Made by a program: the position numbers and the translations under genes
Shown here: piece after piece, positions 30,160 through 40,863 of the stretch
Layout: every line of letters begins with the position of its first letter
Numbering within the stretch: the stretch's first letter is position 1
The notes under the pieces: model-generated
The model's input: the letters and a program-made list of their open reading frames with translations, nothing else
Told to the model about the DNA's origin: nothing
Database searches by the model: none
NCBI GenBank assembly: GCA_938084745.1
Contig: CALKEZ010000022.1
Span: 24,140 to 88,139 of the forward strand
Direction of reading: 5' to 3'
From: an uncultured Gammaproteobacteria bacterium
GTDB taxonomy: Bacteria > Pseudomonadota > Gammaproteobacteria > Eutrophobiales > Eutrophobiaceae
DNA: 64,000 bases

Positions 30160-30789
30160 ATGAAAAACAAAAGTGGCACTTTATTTATAATCGCTGCGCC
30201 TTCCGGTGCAGGAAAAACATCACTGGTAAAAGCATTAGTGGAAGAAATGGATAATGTGGATGTTTCAATATCACATACTACCCGGCATCCTCGTCCCGAT
30301 GAAAAAGAGGGCGAAGCCTATAACTTTATTGATGAGGCCGGATTCAAAAAACTAATCAGTAAAAATCAGTTTCTTGAATATGCGAAGGTGTTTGGAAATT
30401 ATTATGGTACTTCTCGTGATTGGGTTAATCGGGAACTTGCTGCTGGCAAAAATATTATTCTGGAAATCGATTGGCAAGGTGCACAACAGGTAAAATCCCA
30501 GCTACGTAATTGTGTCGGCATTTTCATACTGCCACCGAGTTATCATGCGCTACGCGACAGATTGGTCTCACGTCAAAATGACGATACGGAAACAATTGAA
30601 CAAAGAATGGATGCCGCCCGGATGGAAATGTCCCACTACAAGGAATTTGATTACATTGTTATAAATGATGACTTTGAACTCGCCCTATCTGAAATTAAGG
30701 CTATTATTACCGCCACTAACCTCGGTCGTTGCCGCCAATCGGCATTTTATGATGATTTTATCGGCCAAATCATGGCACAAAAGGATTGA
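30160..30789 (+). CDS. gmk: guanylate kinase
   Basis: P-loop APSGAGKTSL and the motifs SHTTRHPRPDEKEGEAY and YGTS. Confidence 0.92.
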   Translation: MKNKSGTLFIIAAPSGAGKTSLVKALVEEMDNVDVSISHTTRHPRPDEKEGEAYNFIDEAGFKKLISKNQFLEYAKVFGNYYGTSRDWVNRELAAGKNIILEIDWQGAQQVKSQLRNCVGIFILPPSYHALRDRLVSRQNDDTETIEQRMDAARMEMSHYKEFDYIVINDDFELALSEIKAIITATNLGRCRQSAFYDDFIGQIMAQKD

Positions 30790-30875
30790 ATTCAGTAGAA
30801 TAGCTCTCCCACAAAACACTGGTTATTTTTTAACCGGATTGAATTTGAAAATTACTTTAGGAACGAGGAATACTC

Positions 30876-31139
30876 ATGGCCAGATTAACCGTTGAAGACT
30901 GCCTGGAAAATGTTGTTAACCGCTATGATCTGGTTTTATTAGCAAGCAAACGCGCGCGTCAAATTGCAATGGGCGCAGATCCGCTGGTACCAGCCGAAAA
31001 TGACAAGCCGACTGTTATTGCTTTAAGAGAAATAGCTGAGAATCTTATCAATAATGGCAACATCGATAAAATAAACCGGTTCGAAACAGAAGAAGAAGAA
31101 TTCACCGAATCTGATTTTAATATTCCCACAGTAGAATAG
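30876..31139 (+). CDS. rpoZ: RNA polymerase omega subunit
   Basis: [30 protein letters not shown]. Confidence 0.9.
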   Translation: MARLTVEDCLENVVNRYDLVLLASKRARQIAMGADPLVPAENDKPTVIALREIAENLINNGNIDKINRFETEEEEFTESDFNIPTVE

Positions 31140-31162
31140 TTACTAATACACTCTTCACTCAC

Positions 31163-31187
31163 AGAAAGGCGCGGCACGCGCCTTTCT
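31163..31187 (+). terminator. GC-rich hairpin between rpoZ and spoT (possible attenuator or partial terminator)
   Basis: An 11-bp perfect stem agaaaggcgcg / cgcgcctttct with a 3-nt loop. There is no clean U-tract (gctgttgt follows). Confidence 0.35.
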
Positions 31188-31243
31188 GCTGTTGTATCAT
31201 ACGATGTCCGTATGCAATGCCGTACATTTAATTATTATCACCG

Positions 31244-33400
31244 TTGACTGTAACAATTAACGATCTCAGCAAGCTTATCGGGACCTATCTACAATCGGAT
31301 CAGGTCTTTAAGGTACAGCGCGCCTATTACTTTAGTGCCAAGGCACACGAAGGCCAGAAACGTATCAGTGGTGAGCCCTATATTAATCATCCACTTGAAG
31401 TCGCTCGTATACTGGGCGAGATGCACATGGATCATCAAACCATCATGGCGGCTATCCTGCATGATGTCATCGAAGATACACCTACCGCTAAAGCCCAGTT
31501 AAGCCGTAAGTTTGGCAAAGGCGTCGCTGAGCTGGTTGACGGTGTCAGTAAGCTGGACAAAATCGAATTTGAAAGCTTTGCCGAGGCGCAAGCAAATAAC
31601 TTTCGCAAGATGTTAATGGCGATGAGTAATGACATTCGTGTCATTCTGGTAAAACTCGCCGATCGTTTGCATAACATGCGTACTCTGGAGGCATTGAAAC
31701 CGGAAAAACGTCGGCGTATCGCGCGTGAGACACTTGAGGTCTATGCACCTATTGCATTACGACTTGGTGTTAACTCAATCAGACTGGAACTGGAGGAACT
31801 CGGTTTTGCCACCTTGTATCCTATGCGGTATAGAATATTAAATGAACAGATCAATAAAGCGCGCGGTCATCGTAAGGAAATTATCAGCAAGATTCGAACG
31901 GCCTTGAAACGGCGTTTGCGCCAGGAAAAAATTCCGGGACAAATATTAGGTAGAGAGAAACATCTCTTTGGTATTTACCAGAAAATGCGCGAGCAACATT
32001 TATCGTTTTCGGATATTTATGATGTCTATGCCTTTCGATTAATCGTCGATAACGTTGATACCTGCTACCGTGCATTAGGCACCGTTCATAATTTATATAA
32101 ACCCGTACCGGGAAAATTCAAGGATTATATTGCCATTCCCAAAACAAACGGCTACCAGTCCCTGCATACGGTTTTATTCGGGCCCTATGGCGTGCCGATT
32201 GAAATTCAAATTCGTTCAAGAGACATGAATGATGTTGCAGAAGTGGGTATTGCCGCACACTGGCTCTATAAAGCAGAGGGCAAATCCAAGTCATCCGGTC
32301 AAAATGTCGGTGATCGCAGCAGCGCGCATCGCCGCGCCAGAGAGTGGTTGCGTAATATTGTTGAGATGAATAAAACGGCGGGTAATCCTGAAGAATTCTT
32401 TGAGAATGTAAAAATAGATTTATTTCCGGATGATGTCTATGTCTTTACACCGAAAGGCAAAATTATGGAATTGCCGAGTGGTTCTACTGCCGTTGATTTT
32501 GCCTACGCTATACACAGTGATGTGGGTAATCGATGCGTCGGTGCCCGTATAAATAGAAAGCTGGTGCCATTAGGCACACAATTAAACAGTGGTGATACCG
32601 TCAGTATCATCACAGCAAAAAGTGGACGACCTAACCCGGCCTGGTTAAATTTTGTGGCCACCGTTAAAGCCCGCACACAGATCCGGCATTTTCTGAAAAA
32701 CCTGCAGAATGATGAAGCAATTGCCCTAGGCAAACGTTTATTGAACCGTGAACTGGAGCCTTTCGGTATTACCTATCAGGATATAAGTGACGTCGACATG
32801 GCGCATCTGTTAACCGAGAAGAGGATTGAAAGCGTCGATATTTTATTTCAGGAGATTGGTCTGGGTAACAAGATGGCGCCCTTGATTGCCAGACACGTCG
32901 TTGCGGTTGAAAAACTCACTGTTCTGAAAGATAAAAATAAAAATAACCTTGGCAACGAGACCACTCCTCTTTCTATAAAAGGTACAGAAGGTCTTGTTGT
33001 CAATTTTCCAAAATGTTGCTATCCGATACCCGGCGATCCTATCCATGGTTTTGTTACCTCCGGACGCGGTATCGTTATACACCGACAGACCTGTAAAAAT
33101 ATTGCTGAATATCAAAACCATCAGGAAAAATGGATACATGTTGAATGGGAAGCCAATATAAAACGTGATTTTCAGGTAATGATCCGTTTGAATGCCAGTA
33201 ATCAACGCGGGGTACTTGCGAATGTTGCCGCGACTATTGCGGATGCCGGTGCAAATATTGAGAATGTAGAAATGAGAGAACGCGATGACCGTTACACAAC
33301 ATTACGCTTTATACTTGAAGTAAAAGATCGGGTTCATTTAGCAAATGTCATCAGAAAAATCAGAGCCATTAAAAGTGTTTCGCAAATTACTCGTGCCTAG
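31244..33400 (+). CDS. spoT: bifunctional (p)ppGpp synthetase/hydrolase SpoT
   Basis: HD domain (HPLEVA...HDVIEDT), RelA/SpoT synthetase domain, and TGS and ACT regions. TTG start. Located after gmk-rpoZ. Confidence 0.92.
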   Translation: MTVTINDLSKLIGTYLQSDQVFKVQRAYYFSAKAHEGQKRISGEPYINHPLEVARILGEMHMDHQTIMAAILHDVIEDTPTAKAQLSRKFGKGVAELVDGVSKLDKIEFESFAEAQANNFRKMLMAMSNDIRVILVKLADRLHNMRTLEALKPEKRRRIARETLEVYAPIALRLGVNSIRLELEELGFATLYPMRYRILNEQINKARGHRKEIISKIRTALKRRLRQEKIPGQILGREKHLFGIYQKMREQHLSFSDIYDVYAFRLIVDNVDTCYRALGTVHNLYKPVPGKFKDYIAIPKTNGYQSLHTVLFGPYGVPIEIQIRSRDMNDVAEVGIAAHWLYKAEGKSKSSGQNVGDRSSAHRRAREWLRNIVEMNKTAGNPEEFFENVKIDLFPDDVYVFTPKGKIMELPSGSTAVDFAYAIHSDVGNRCVGARINRKLVPLGTQLNSGDTVSIITAKSGRPNPAWLNFVATVKARTQIRHFLKNLQNDEAIALGKRLLNRELEPFGITYQDISDVDMAHLLTEKRIESVDILFQEIGLGNKMAPLIARHVVAVEKLTVLKDKNKNNLGNETTPLSIKGTEGLVVNFPKCCYPIPGDPIHGFVTSGRGIVIHRQTCKNIAEYQNHQEKWIHVEWEANIKRDFQVMIRLNASNQRGVLANVAATIADAGANIENVEMRERDDRYTTLRFILEVKDRVHLANVIRKIRAIKSVSQITRA

Positions 33401-33429
33401 ACCGCACTGACATTACACAGGGGGCAACC

Positions 33430-33810
33430 ATGCAACGTGAAATAATCTCTACTAATGATGCACCACAAGCTATAGGAACATATTCACAGGCGGTAAAGGT
33501 CGGTGATACGGTATACCTTTCTGGACAAATTCCGCTCGTGCCGGAAACGATGGAACTCGTAAACGGCGATATGCGTGCTCAAATTACCCGCGTATTTGAT
33601 AATCTTGCGGCTGTAGCAAGTGCCGCTGGCGGCACATTGGGCGATATCAGTAAATTAAATATCTATCTTACCGATCTATCACACTTCCCTTTAGTTAACG
33701 AAGTTATGGCGCAATATTTTTCCGAACCTTACCCTGCCAGGGCCGCTGTCGGTGTGGCCAGCTTACCAAAAGGCGCGATGGTTGAGATGGACGCGATAAT
33801 GACACTTTAG
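33430..33810 (+). CDS. ridA: RidA-family reactive-intermediate deaminase
   Basis: Motifs [12 protein letters not shown]...GQIPL, LTDLSHF and [20 protein letters not shown]. Confidence 0.88.
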   Translation: MQREIISTNDAPQAIGTYSQAVKVGDTVYLSGQIPLVPETMELVNGDMRAQITRVFDNLAAVASAAGGTLGDISKLNIYLTDLSHFPLVNEVMAQYFSEPYPARAAVGVASLPKGAMVEMDAIMTL

Positions 33811-33820
33811 GTCACATTGA

Positions 33821-33847
33821 CCGAGTGTCTCGGCACACTGATTTTTT
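33821..33847 (+). terminator. candidate rho-independent terminator after ridA
   Basis: A short stem (agtgt / acact, or alternatively ccgag / ctcgg) is followed by the T-run tttttt at 33842-33847. Confidence 0.45.
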
Positions 33848-33873
33848 GAGAGCCGCTATGTTTTTCAATCGTT

Positions 33874-35970
33874 TTGGCAACTAATAAGCAACATTCACTT
33901 TCCGACCCAGTCACTGTCTTGAGCGGTATAGGTCTCCGCTTGCAGGAAAAACTTAATCGCATTGGCATCAGGAATATTCAGGATTTACTGTTTCATTTAC
34001 CGCAACGCTATATCGATCGAACGCATTTAACACCGATGGGTACGCTACTCCCCGGACATAACGCATATATACAGGGGGAGATAGAACTGACACAGGTACG
34101 TTTCGGTAAAAGACGATCGTTATTATGTCGAATTAGTGACGGCACCGGCGCGATAGTGTTACGTTTTTTTTATTTTTCCAAAGCACAGGAAAAAGGCTTA
34201 CAACGAGGTTTATCCCTGCGCTGTTATGGACAGGTGCGACGCGGACCAAATTCATTGGAAATAATACATCCGGAATATCGTGTACTCGGTGAAGATCTCG
34301 ATGATGAACTGGAAGAACAACTCTCTGCGATATACCCGAGCACAGAGGGTTTACAACAGGCGCGACTACGCAAATTAGCTGCCCAGGCTCTGGTAACCCT
34401 GAACGATAATGAACAAGACCTGATTGAATTATTGCCTGAGGAAATTTTAACTAAACAAAAGCTGCCAACCCTGGTTGACGCACTTAAATATGTTCATCGA
34501 CCACCCCCTGATGCCAATGTACAAAGCCTCGTTGAAGGCCGACATCCGGCACAACAAAGGCTGGCCTTTGAAGAATTACTCGCCCAGCAATTAAGCCTGC
34601 TGGAATTACGCAATGACCTTAGAACAGAGCATTCACCTGCTTTCAGTCTCAGTAGACGACTTGTCCCCGGGTATTTGCAAGGCTTGCCATTTACATTAAC
34701 GAATGCGCAGCAACGCGCTTATAAAACGATTGCTGCAGACCTGAACAAGACAGTAGCGATGTTAAGATTGATACAAGGTGATGTCGGATCAGGTAAAACG
34801 GTTGTCGCGGCATTAGCCGCATTACAGGCTATTGAAGCCGGTTATCAGGTAGCCATTATGGCACCTACCGAGCTCCTCGCCGAGCAACACTACAATAACT
34901 TTGTCAGCTGGTTAGAACCGTTGGGCGTAGATGTGGCATTCTTAACCGGCAAATTGAAAAAATCGCTGCGCAATGAGATTGAAACACGTTTGCGTGATCA
35001 GACCCCGGTCGTCGCAATAGGGACACACGCATTATTTCAGGAATCGGTAAGCTTCGCGAAATTGGGCCTGGTTATCATTGATGAGCAACACCGCTTTGGC
35101 GTACATCAGCGACTCGCCTTATTGGAAAAAGGACAACAACAGAACACCTACCCACACCAGCTAATCATGACCGCCACACCTATTCCCAGAACATTGACCA
35201 TGACTGCCTACGCCGATCTTGATCATACCTTGATAGATGAATTACCTCCCAATCGAAAACCAATCAACACCAGCGTTATTTCAAACGAACGCCGGGATGA
35301 AATTATCGAACGCATAAAACATGTTTGTGCCGAAGGTCGTCAAGTTTACTGGGTATGTACCTTGATTGAAGAATCAGAAACATTGCAGTGTGAAACTGCG
35401 ATTGAAACTGCTGAAAAACTTGGTGAAAAACTAACCGCCATTAAAGTCGGTCTCATCCATGGTCGCATGAAAACCAATGAAAAAGAGCAGGTAATGCAGG
35501 ACTTTAAAGACGGCAAGCTTGGTCTGCTGGTTGCAACAACGGTCATCGAAGTTGGTGTTGATGTTCCTAATGCAAGTTTAATGATTATAGATAATGCAGA
35601 GCGTTTCGGCCTCTCACAATTGCATCAATTACGTGGCAGAATTGGCCGCGGCGAAATTAAAAGTGATTGCCTTTTAATGTATCAATCGCCCCTGGGTGAT
35701 TTGGCCCGGCGCCGCCTTGATATAATGCGTTCCAGCAATGACGGTTTTCTGATCGCTGAAAAAGACCTTGAATTACGTGGACCGGGAGAAGTATTAGGCA
35801 CACGTCAGGCCGGTTTACCGAATATGCGTGTTGCAGATTTGATGCGTGACGCCCATTTATTACCTGAAATTCAAAACACGGCAAAAACATTACTCGCACA
35901 CCACCCCGAAAAGGTAAGATTACTGATTAATCGTTGGCTGGCGAACAGCCTTGAATACAGCAACGTTTAA
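33874..35970 (+). CDS. recG: ATP-dependent DNA helicase RecG
   Basis: Wedge domain, Walker A GDVGSGKT, DEQHRFG, and the TATPIPRT and QLHQLRGRIGRG motifs. TTG start. Confidence 0.92.
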   Translation: MATNKQHSLSDPVTVLSGIGLRLQEKLNRIGIRNIQDLLFHLPQRYIDRTHLTPMGTLLPGHNAYIQGEIELTQVRFGKRRSLLCRISDGTGAIVLRFFYFSKAQEKGLQRGLSLRCYGQVRRGPNSLEIIHPEYRVLGEDLDDELEEQLSAIYPSTEGLQQARLRKLAAQALVTLNDNEQDLIELLPEEILTKQKLPTLVDALKYVHRPPPDANVQSLVEGRHPAQQRLAFEELLAQQLSLLELRNDLRTEHSPAFSLSRRLVPGYLQGLPFTLTNAQQRAYKTIAADLNKTVAMLRLIQGDVGSGKTVVAALAALQAIEAGYQVAIMAPTELLAEQHYNNFVSWLEPLGVDVAFLTGKLKKSLRNEIETRLRDQTPVVAIGTHALFQESVSFAKLGLVIIDEQHRFGVHQRLALLEKGQQQNTYPHQLIMTATPIPRTLTMTAYADLDHTLIDELPPNRKPINTSVISNERRDEIIERIKHVCAEGRQVYWVCTLIEESETLQCETAIETAEKLGEKLTAIKVGLIHGRMKTNEKEQVMQDFKDGKLGLLVATTVIEVGVDVPNASLMIIDNAERFGLSQLHQLRGRIGRGEIKSDCLLMYQSPLGDLARRRLDIMRSSNDGFLIAEKDLELRGPGEVLGTRQAGLPNMRVADLMRDAHLLPEIQNTAKTLLAHHPEKVRLLINRWLANSLEYSNV

Positions 35971-35988
35971 CCGCAAGGAAAACATTAA

Positions 35989-36534
35989 TTGAATCTGCAT
36001 TGGCAAAATAAAGACCACACTGAAACAGAACTGGATGATCATCGATTGCATGATTTTCTATTTCAGCATGGTTCCTTATCGCGTTTTATAGAAGAGTGCT
36101 GTCGTGGCCGATTTCATATCGAACTAAAAAACGAATCATGGTGTCAGCCACTGGCAGATGAGGTCGATTTGCTCTCTCTGGCTACTGATGAGATTACATT
36201 TGTTCGGGAATCATGGTTAAAATGTGATGAACACAGGTTGGTATATGCGAGGACCATCATTCCACGCTCAACCTATGAAGGAGAAAGCCAGGAATTGATG
36301 CAATTGGGAAATAAACCATTAGGTAATATTTTATTTAACGATAATACGACCTATCGAACGAATATGCGGTATGCGAAAATCCCCCTGCATTGTAACCTCC
36401 ATCAACAAGCAACAGTAAATAGCGATATAATTGCCGATTTATGGGGCAGACAATCGCTATTTTATATCAACGATAAACCTTTACTTGTCACTGAAGTATT
36501 TTTACCAACAATTCTAGAATGCGCCAAATACTAA
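35989..36534 (+). CDS. ubiC: chorismate pyruvate-lyase
   Basis: 181 aa directly upstream of ubiA. The core R.W...DE..LVYARTIIP...LG..PLG..LF resembles UbiC. TTG start. Confidence 0.7.
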   Translation: MNLHWQNKDHTETELDDHRLHDFLFQHGSLSRFIEECCRGRFHIELKNESWCQPLADEVDLLSLATDEITFVRESWLKCDEHRLVYARTIIPRSTYEGESQELMQLGNKPLGNILFNDNTTYRTNMRYAKIPLHCNLHQQATVNSDIIADLWGRQSLFYINDKPLLVTEVFLPTILECAKY

Positions 36535-36611
36535 ACGACGGTTTTAACAAAGCTCTGTTATTGTTCGATAAATGTCGGACTATTATTTTGCTCTGTATAA
36601 ATAAACTAACA

Positions 36612-37499
36612 GTGACGATTAATGAATACTGGCCTTTCGTTCGGGATCGTCTGCAACAATATGCCTTACTGATCAGAATCGACAAGCCGATTGGCATACT
36701 CTTGTTGTTATGGCCAACACTCTGGGGCTTGTGGCTGGCGGCAAAGGGGTTTCCTGAGCTGGATGTCTTTATTGTTTTTGTACTGGGTGTTTTTTTAATG
36801 CGTTCAGCGGGTTGTGTACTGAATGATATTGCCGATCAGCGCTTTGACCCGCTTGTAACACGAACAAAATTGCGCCCCATGGTTACTGGCAAGGTGTCTT
36901 CATTAGAAGCCTTAGTCGTTGCCGGCAGCCTGATCTTTATCGCTTTTTTGCTTGTGTTAACCATGAATGAGCTGACGATACAGCTGGCCTTTGTCGCGGT
37001 AATACTCGCCGGGATTTATCCCTTCATGAAGCGATATACATACCTGCCTCAGTTTTTTCTAGGCCTGGCATTTGGTTGGTCGATTCCAATGGCATTTGCC
37101 GCACAGACCAATAGCGTGCCGCAAATTGCTTGGTTATTACTCATTGCAAATATTCTCTGGTCAGTTGTCTATGATACGATGTATGCCATGGTTGACCGTG
37201 AAGATGACCTTAAGGTTGGCATCAAATCAACCGCGATTTTGTTTGATGATGCCGACCGGGTTATCATCGCTATAATTCAGGCTCTGGTAGTAATAACATT
37301 AATGATTATCGGCAAACAGGCAGAGCTTGGTATAATTTATTTTAGCGGTGTTGCGGTTGGTACCGGTTTTTTTCTTTATCAATTGCGATTAATTTGGAAC
37401 AGAGCACCCGAGCAATGTATGCGCGCATTTTTAAACAACAACTGGTTTGGACTGATTATTTTCATTGGCTTATTTCTGGACTATCTATTAGCAACATGA
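36612..37499 (+). CDS. ubiA: 4-hydroxybenzoate polyprenyltransferase
   Basis: LIRIDKPIGILLLLWPTLWGLWLA, NDIADQRFD and YDTMYAMVDREDDLKVGIKSTA. The start is uncertain: GTG at 36612 gives the usual length of about 295 aa, while the ORF is open from the ATG at 36519. Confidence 0.85.
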   Translation: MTINEYWPFVRDRLQQYALLIRIDKPIGILLLLWPTLWGLWLAAKGFPELDVFIVFVLGVFLMRSAGCVLNDIADQRFDPLVTRTKLRPMVTGKVSSLEALVVAGSLIFIAFLLVLTMNELTIQLAFVAVILAGIYPFMKRYTYLPQFFLGLAFGWSIPMAFAAQTNSVPQIAWLLLIANILWSVVYDTMYAMVDREDDLKVGIKSTAILFDDADRVIIAIIQALVVITLMIIGKQAELGIIYFSGVAVGTGFFLYQLRLIWNRAPEQCMRAFLNNNWFGLIIFIGLFLDYLLAT

Positions 37500-38386
37500 T
37501 GACTAAATCTATAATAACTGCAGTTTTTCTTATCTTGATACCACTCTCATCAATTCAAGCTGCAGATACTCAAACACTGGTTGAACAGGAGTGTAAACGC
37601 ATAGGCAGTAAGCTTGGAAGTGTCGGTATGCAAGAATGTCTGGGCATGGAACTAACTACTACTAATGGACGCTCGGTTAAAAATGCGCCTATTTTATTAA
37701 AAGAGTATCCGCCACTTGAGAAGCGCGCACCGCTTGGTAAAGTACTGCTCATCGGTGGCATACATGGCGATGAATATTCATCAGTCAGTATCGTCTTTAA
37801 GTGGATGCGCATTTTAAAGGAGCATCATACCGGTTTATTTCACTGGCATATCGTCCCCTTGCTAAACCCTGATGGTCTGTTAAGAAAAAAATCTCAACGC
37901 ATGAATGAAAATAATGTTGACCTGAACCGCAACTTCCCAATGGCTGATTGGGAAAACACTGCACTCAAATACTGGAGTGATAAAACCGAAAGCAACCCAC
38001 GACGTTACCCAGGTAAGGCGCCCTTAAGTGAGCCTGAATCCAGTTGGCTGGTCGACTATATTAACGATTTCAATCCTGACATCATTGTTGCTGTTCATGC
38101 GCCACATGGAATTGTTGATTACGATGGACCGCGCAATGGTCCTTATAAGCTAGGCCGTCTCTACCTGAATTTGCTCGGTACTTATCCCGGCTCTTTGGGA
38201 AATTATGCAGGTATTCAACGGCAAATTCCGGTTGTGACGATTGAGCTACCCTATGCCGGGATCATGCCTACTAGTAGTGAAATAAGTAGCATCTGGCGGG
38301 ATATGGTCAAGTGGTTGAGTGAAAATATTACCGAAGAAGCTTACAACGAATCACGCTTGCAGAATCAGGACGCAGCGCCTTCATAA
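37496..38386 (+). CDS. secreted M14-family zinc carboxypeptidase-like protein (murein-peptide amidase-like)
   Basis: Signal peptide MMTKSIITAVFLILIPLSSIQA and the motifs GGIHGDEYSS, NPDG, DLNRNFP and HAPHG. The start overlaps the ubiA stop (ATGA). Confidence 0.78.
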   Translation: MMTKSIITAVFLILIPLSSIQAADTQTLVEQECKRIGSKLGSVGMQECLGMELTTTNGRSVKNAPILLKEYPPLEKRAPLGKVLLIGGIHGDEYSSVSIVFKWMRILKEHHTGLFHWHIVPLLNPDGLLRKKSQRMNENNVDLNRNFPMADWENTALKYWSDKTESNPRRYPGKAPLSEPESSWLVDYINDFNPDIIVAVHAPHGIVDYDGPRNGPYKLGRLYLNLLGTYPGSLGNYAGIQRQIPVVTIELPYAGIMPTSSEISSIWRDMVKWLSENITEEAYNESRLQNQDAAPS

Positions 38387-39579
38387 ACAATACGCCAATG
38401 TCCGTCATCTTCCATGCGCCAATACTGGCGCTTGGTGAATTTCCTATGAAAATTATCACTGGCGTAATCCTGAACAAACGTCACTACCATTAACTGCTCT
38501 TCACCCGGGTAAAGAAACATACTGGTATCCGTTAAATTTACTTTAATAAATTTTTTCGAAGGATTCACTCTGCGTTTGTATTCGACCCATGAGTCATAGT
38601 CCTTACCCAGTCCTGAGTATTCTTTCGAATAATGGCGAAGATATAAATTCACATCACGACTTTCCCAGTCTTGTCGCCACGTCTCGACAAACGTTTCATA
38701 TTCGACACTACGTTTTTGCCATTCCTGCTTTGTAACCCAATCAATGGCATCAGAAATGATCACGGGTGTATGCCCTTTTGTTATGAACGGTGACAACACA
38801 TTCAAATCCTGGTTACTAACAATCACACAGCCATTACTGTCTCTCGGTGGTCGACTGTAAGTCGTGCTCGGTGTTCCATGCAACCATATTCCATAACCGG
38901 TACGACCATGGCGTTGATCCCATGCATTGGGATAATTTATTGGAAAAGCACCGTCGCCGTATAAGTCCGGCAACTCATCCGGATTGATAAAACCGGTAAC
39001 AAAATAGACCCCGACAGGTGTTTTCTGATCGCCCTCTATATATTTTCCAGCGCCATTCTTGCCTATGGTCACATAAAAGTCTTTTATCAGGGTCGGCACA
39101 CCATTTTGATTATTAAACAAAAACAAACGGGAGCGTGATGAATCCACGACGATGACGTGATCCTGTTTACTTGCCAGTTGTATTAAAGATGACGGAATTT
39201 TGTTTTTATCAACCGGTAACTTGTGATACTTCCAACGTGCCTGCACTTCATCGCGCAAAGCGCTAATGCGTTCAAAAGAAGCATTCGGAATATTACCAAA
39301 ATCAGTAATTCCCTGCGTCCGGGCTAACATCAAATCAGCGTACATTAATTGTGCCGCCTTGAAATCCGGGTTGAACTCGATCAGATGCTGCAGATCTTTT
39401 ATCGCCTGTTCTATATCACTGTCTTTGATGTGTTCAACAGCGTTCATTAACAAACTTTCTGAATAGGTCGAGAGCCCTTGATCTGAGGTCGCCTTGGAAA
39501 GCAGATCGCCCGCATTCACCGGCAAGCTAACGCTGCTTATATAAAGTACTAGTAATAATGATCTGAAGCTAATCGTCAT
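38365..39579 (-). CDS. L,D-transpeptidase (YkuD) with an extra C-terminal module shared with the neighbouring TPR protein
   Basis: The catalytic motif is GIWLHGTP...SNGCVIV. Signal peptide MTISFRSLLLVLYISSVSLPVNA (start at 39579). Confidence 0.82.
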   Translation of the reverse strand: MTISFRSLLLVLYISSVSLPVNAGDLLSKATSDQGLSTYSESLLMNAVEHIKDSDIEQAIKDLQHLIEFNPDFKAAQLMYADLMLARTQGITDFGNIPNASFERISALRDEVQARWKYHKLPVDKNKIPSSLIQLASKQDHVIVVDSSRSRLFLFNNQNGVPTLIKDFYVTIGKNGAGKYIEGDQKTPVGVYFVTGFINPDELPDLYGDGAFPINYPNAWDQRHGRTGYGIWLHGTPSTTYSRPPRDSNGCVIVSNQDLNVLSPFITKGHTPVIISDAIDWVTKQEWQKRSVEYETFVETWRQDWESRDVNLYLRHYSKEYSGLGKDYDSWVEYKRRVNPSKKFIKVNLTDTSMFLYPGEEQLMVVTFVQDYASDNFHRKFTKRQYWRMEDDGHWRIVYEGAAS

Positions 39580-39590
39580 AACAGTATAAA

Positions 39591-40667
39591 TTATCGCGTT
39601 CTCTCCTGCGTAATCAACCATTCATCTGCAACTTTGCGCATTAATATCTCTTTTTTAACCTTATCACTATATGTATCCGACTGGTAAGCCTGGGTAAATT
39701 TGATTTCAGCATAATCTTTTCCATGCAGATTAATCTTTACGCCGGACAGTGTGACCTTGATAAAACTTTTACCATTCAGTCGTTTGTGTCGATCTTTTTC
39801 CCATTCCTTGCGGCTCAAGCCTTTAGGTGGAATAAACTCTTGTGCATAACTTCCAAGGTAACGATCAACATCCTGAGCCGACCATGCGTTAGCCCAGTTT
39901 TTGATAGCAATTTCTACCGCATTTCTATTGTCTTGGGCATTATCTTCCACATCCCTGCTTTTAACAGGAGGTATGACGGCTTTTGTCGCGGGTTTAACCG
40001 GGGCCGACTCACTCTTTGCCGGAATAGTGATAATTTCCGGCTGGCGCACGGCCGCTACGACAGTTTTCTCTTCAGCTTTGGGTGCTGTTGTTACTGCGGC
40101 CGGAGCTGGTGCCGCACTGGCAACAGCTGTTCTGCCGGGTACTGCAGGCGCCGAGATTAATTCATTCACCAGTGATAATTTCTCCCTCGCCGTCTGGTTA
40201 CTGGTATCTAGTTCCAGAGCTTGATTATAGGCACGGCTGGCCATTTTGGCATAGATATCACCCAGATTTTCATGTGCGGTAGCATAGCTTGGGTGCGTAT
40301 TTATCGCACTCTTGAGAGCTTCTTCAGCCTCCCGGTATTTTCCCTGCGCGGCATAGACCACAGCCAGATTATTATAGGGCTCAGGTAAATCAGGGTTGTC
40401 GATAGTTAACTGAATAAAAACTTTCTCGGCGGCAGGTAGCTGATCCAGTCGAGTAAGAATCAAACCTTTCATGAACTGCAATTTAATGTCTGACTTATTC
40501 TGGGCAAGCTGGCTTTCAGTCAGTGACAGGGCTTCTTTATATTGTCCCTGATTAATTAAATGCTGAATATCACCATAAGGGGTTTGTGCGACTGCATTGG
40601 AAAATGAAAGCAGCAGGTACAACGAAATTGTAAACAGTGTTTTATAATAATTCATGAACCATTCCAT
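39591..40667 (-). CDS. secreted TPR-repeat protein with an Ala/Pro-rich linker and a C-terminal module homologous to the L,D-transpeptidase C-terminus
   Basis: TPR repeats (YKEALSL, LPEPYNNLAVVYAAQGKYREAEEALKSAI, ATAHENLGDIY). The C-terminus W..AWS..DVDRYL..Y..EF parallels W..DWES.DVNLYL..YS.EY in the neighbour. Confidence 0.72.
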   Translation of the reverse strand: MEWFMNYYKTLFTISLYLLLSFSNAVAQTPYGDIQHLINQGQYKEALSLTESQLAQNKSDIKLQFMKGLILTRLDQLPAAEKVFIQLTIDNPDLPEPYNNLAVVYAAQGKYREAEEALKSAINTHPSYATAHENLGDIYAKMASRAYNQALELDTSNQTAREKLSLVNELISAPAVPGRTAVASAAPAPAAVTTAPKAEEKTVVAAVRQPEIITIPAKSESAPVKPATKAVIPPVKSRDVEDNAQDNRNAVEIAIKNWANAWSAQDVDRYLGSYAQEFIPPKGLSRKEWEKDRHKRLNGKSFIKVTLSGVKINLHGKDYAEIKFTQAYQSDTYSDKVKKEILMRKVADEWLITQERTR

Positions 40668-40709
40668 TAATAATCAGTTGATACGCTTTTCCTGTCTGCC
40701 GAAACAGGC

Positions 40710-40783
40710 TGGAGCCCCGAGAGGGAATCGAACCCCCAATAGGTGATTACAAATCACCGGTTATACCATTTAACTATCGGGGC
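40710..40783 (-). tRNA. tRNA-Thr (anticodon UGU)
   Basis: The reverse complement folds as a cloverleaf. Acceptor stem GCCCCGA/TCGGGGC, D stem GTTA/TAAC, anticodon stem GGTGA/TCACC with loop TTTGTAA, T arm GGGGG-TTCGATT-CCCTC, and an encoded CCA. Confidence 0.85.
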
Positions 40784-40863
40784 AATAAACATCATTGCCT
40801 CAAAGTATATCAATACTATTATTTCATACGTGGAAATTTTGTGGGCATATTCTATGGATTTCT

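Noticed and set aside
36519-36611. Upstream ATG start for ubiA, which would overlap ubiC by 16 nt
   Set aside because: It would add about 30 residues not seen in UbiA proteins as I remember them. The GTG at 36612 gives the usual spacing before the R.DKPIG motif. The question remains unresolved without homologue alignment.
40691-40709. Hairpin cctgt-ctgccgaa-acagg next to the tRNA 3' end
   Set aside because: The stem is only 5 bp, with no U-tract on either strand. That is too weak to call a terminator.
40684-40863. tRNA-Thr as an integration hotspot for a genomic island
   Set aside because: There is no integrase or recombinase nearby, and I saw no duplicated copy of the tRNA 3' end. The flanking genes (SPOR-coaX-birA and the TPR/L,D-transpeptidase genes) are ordinary chromosomal genes.
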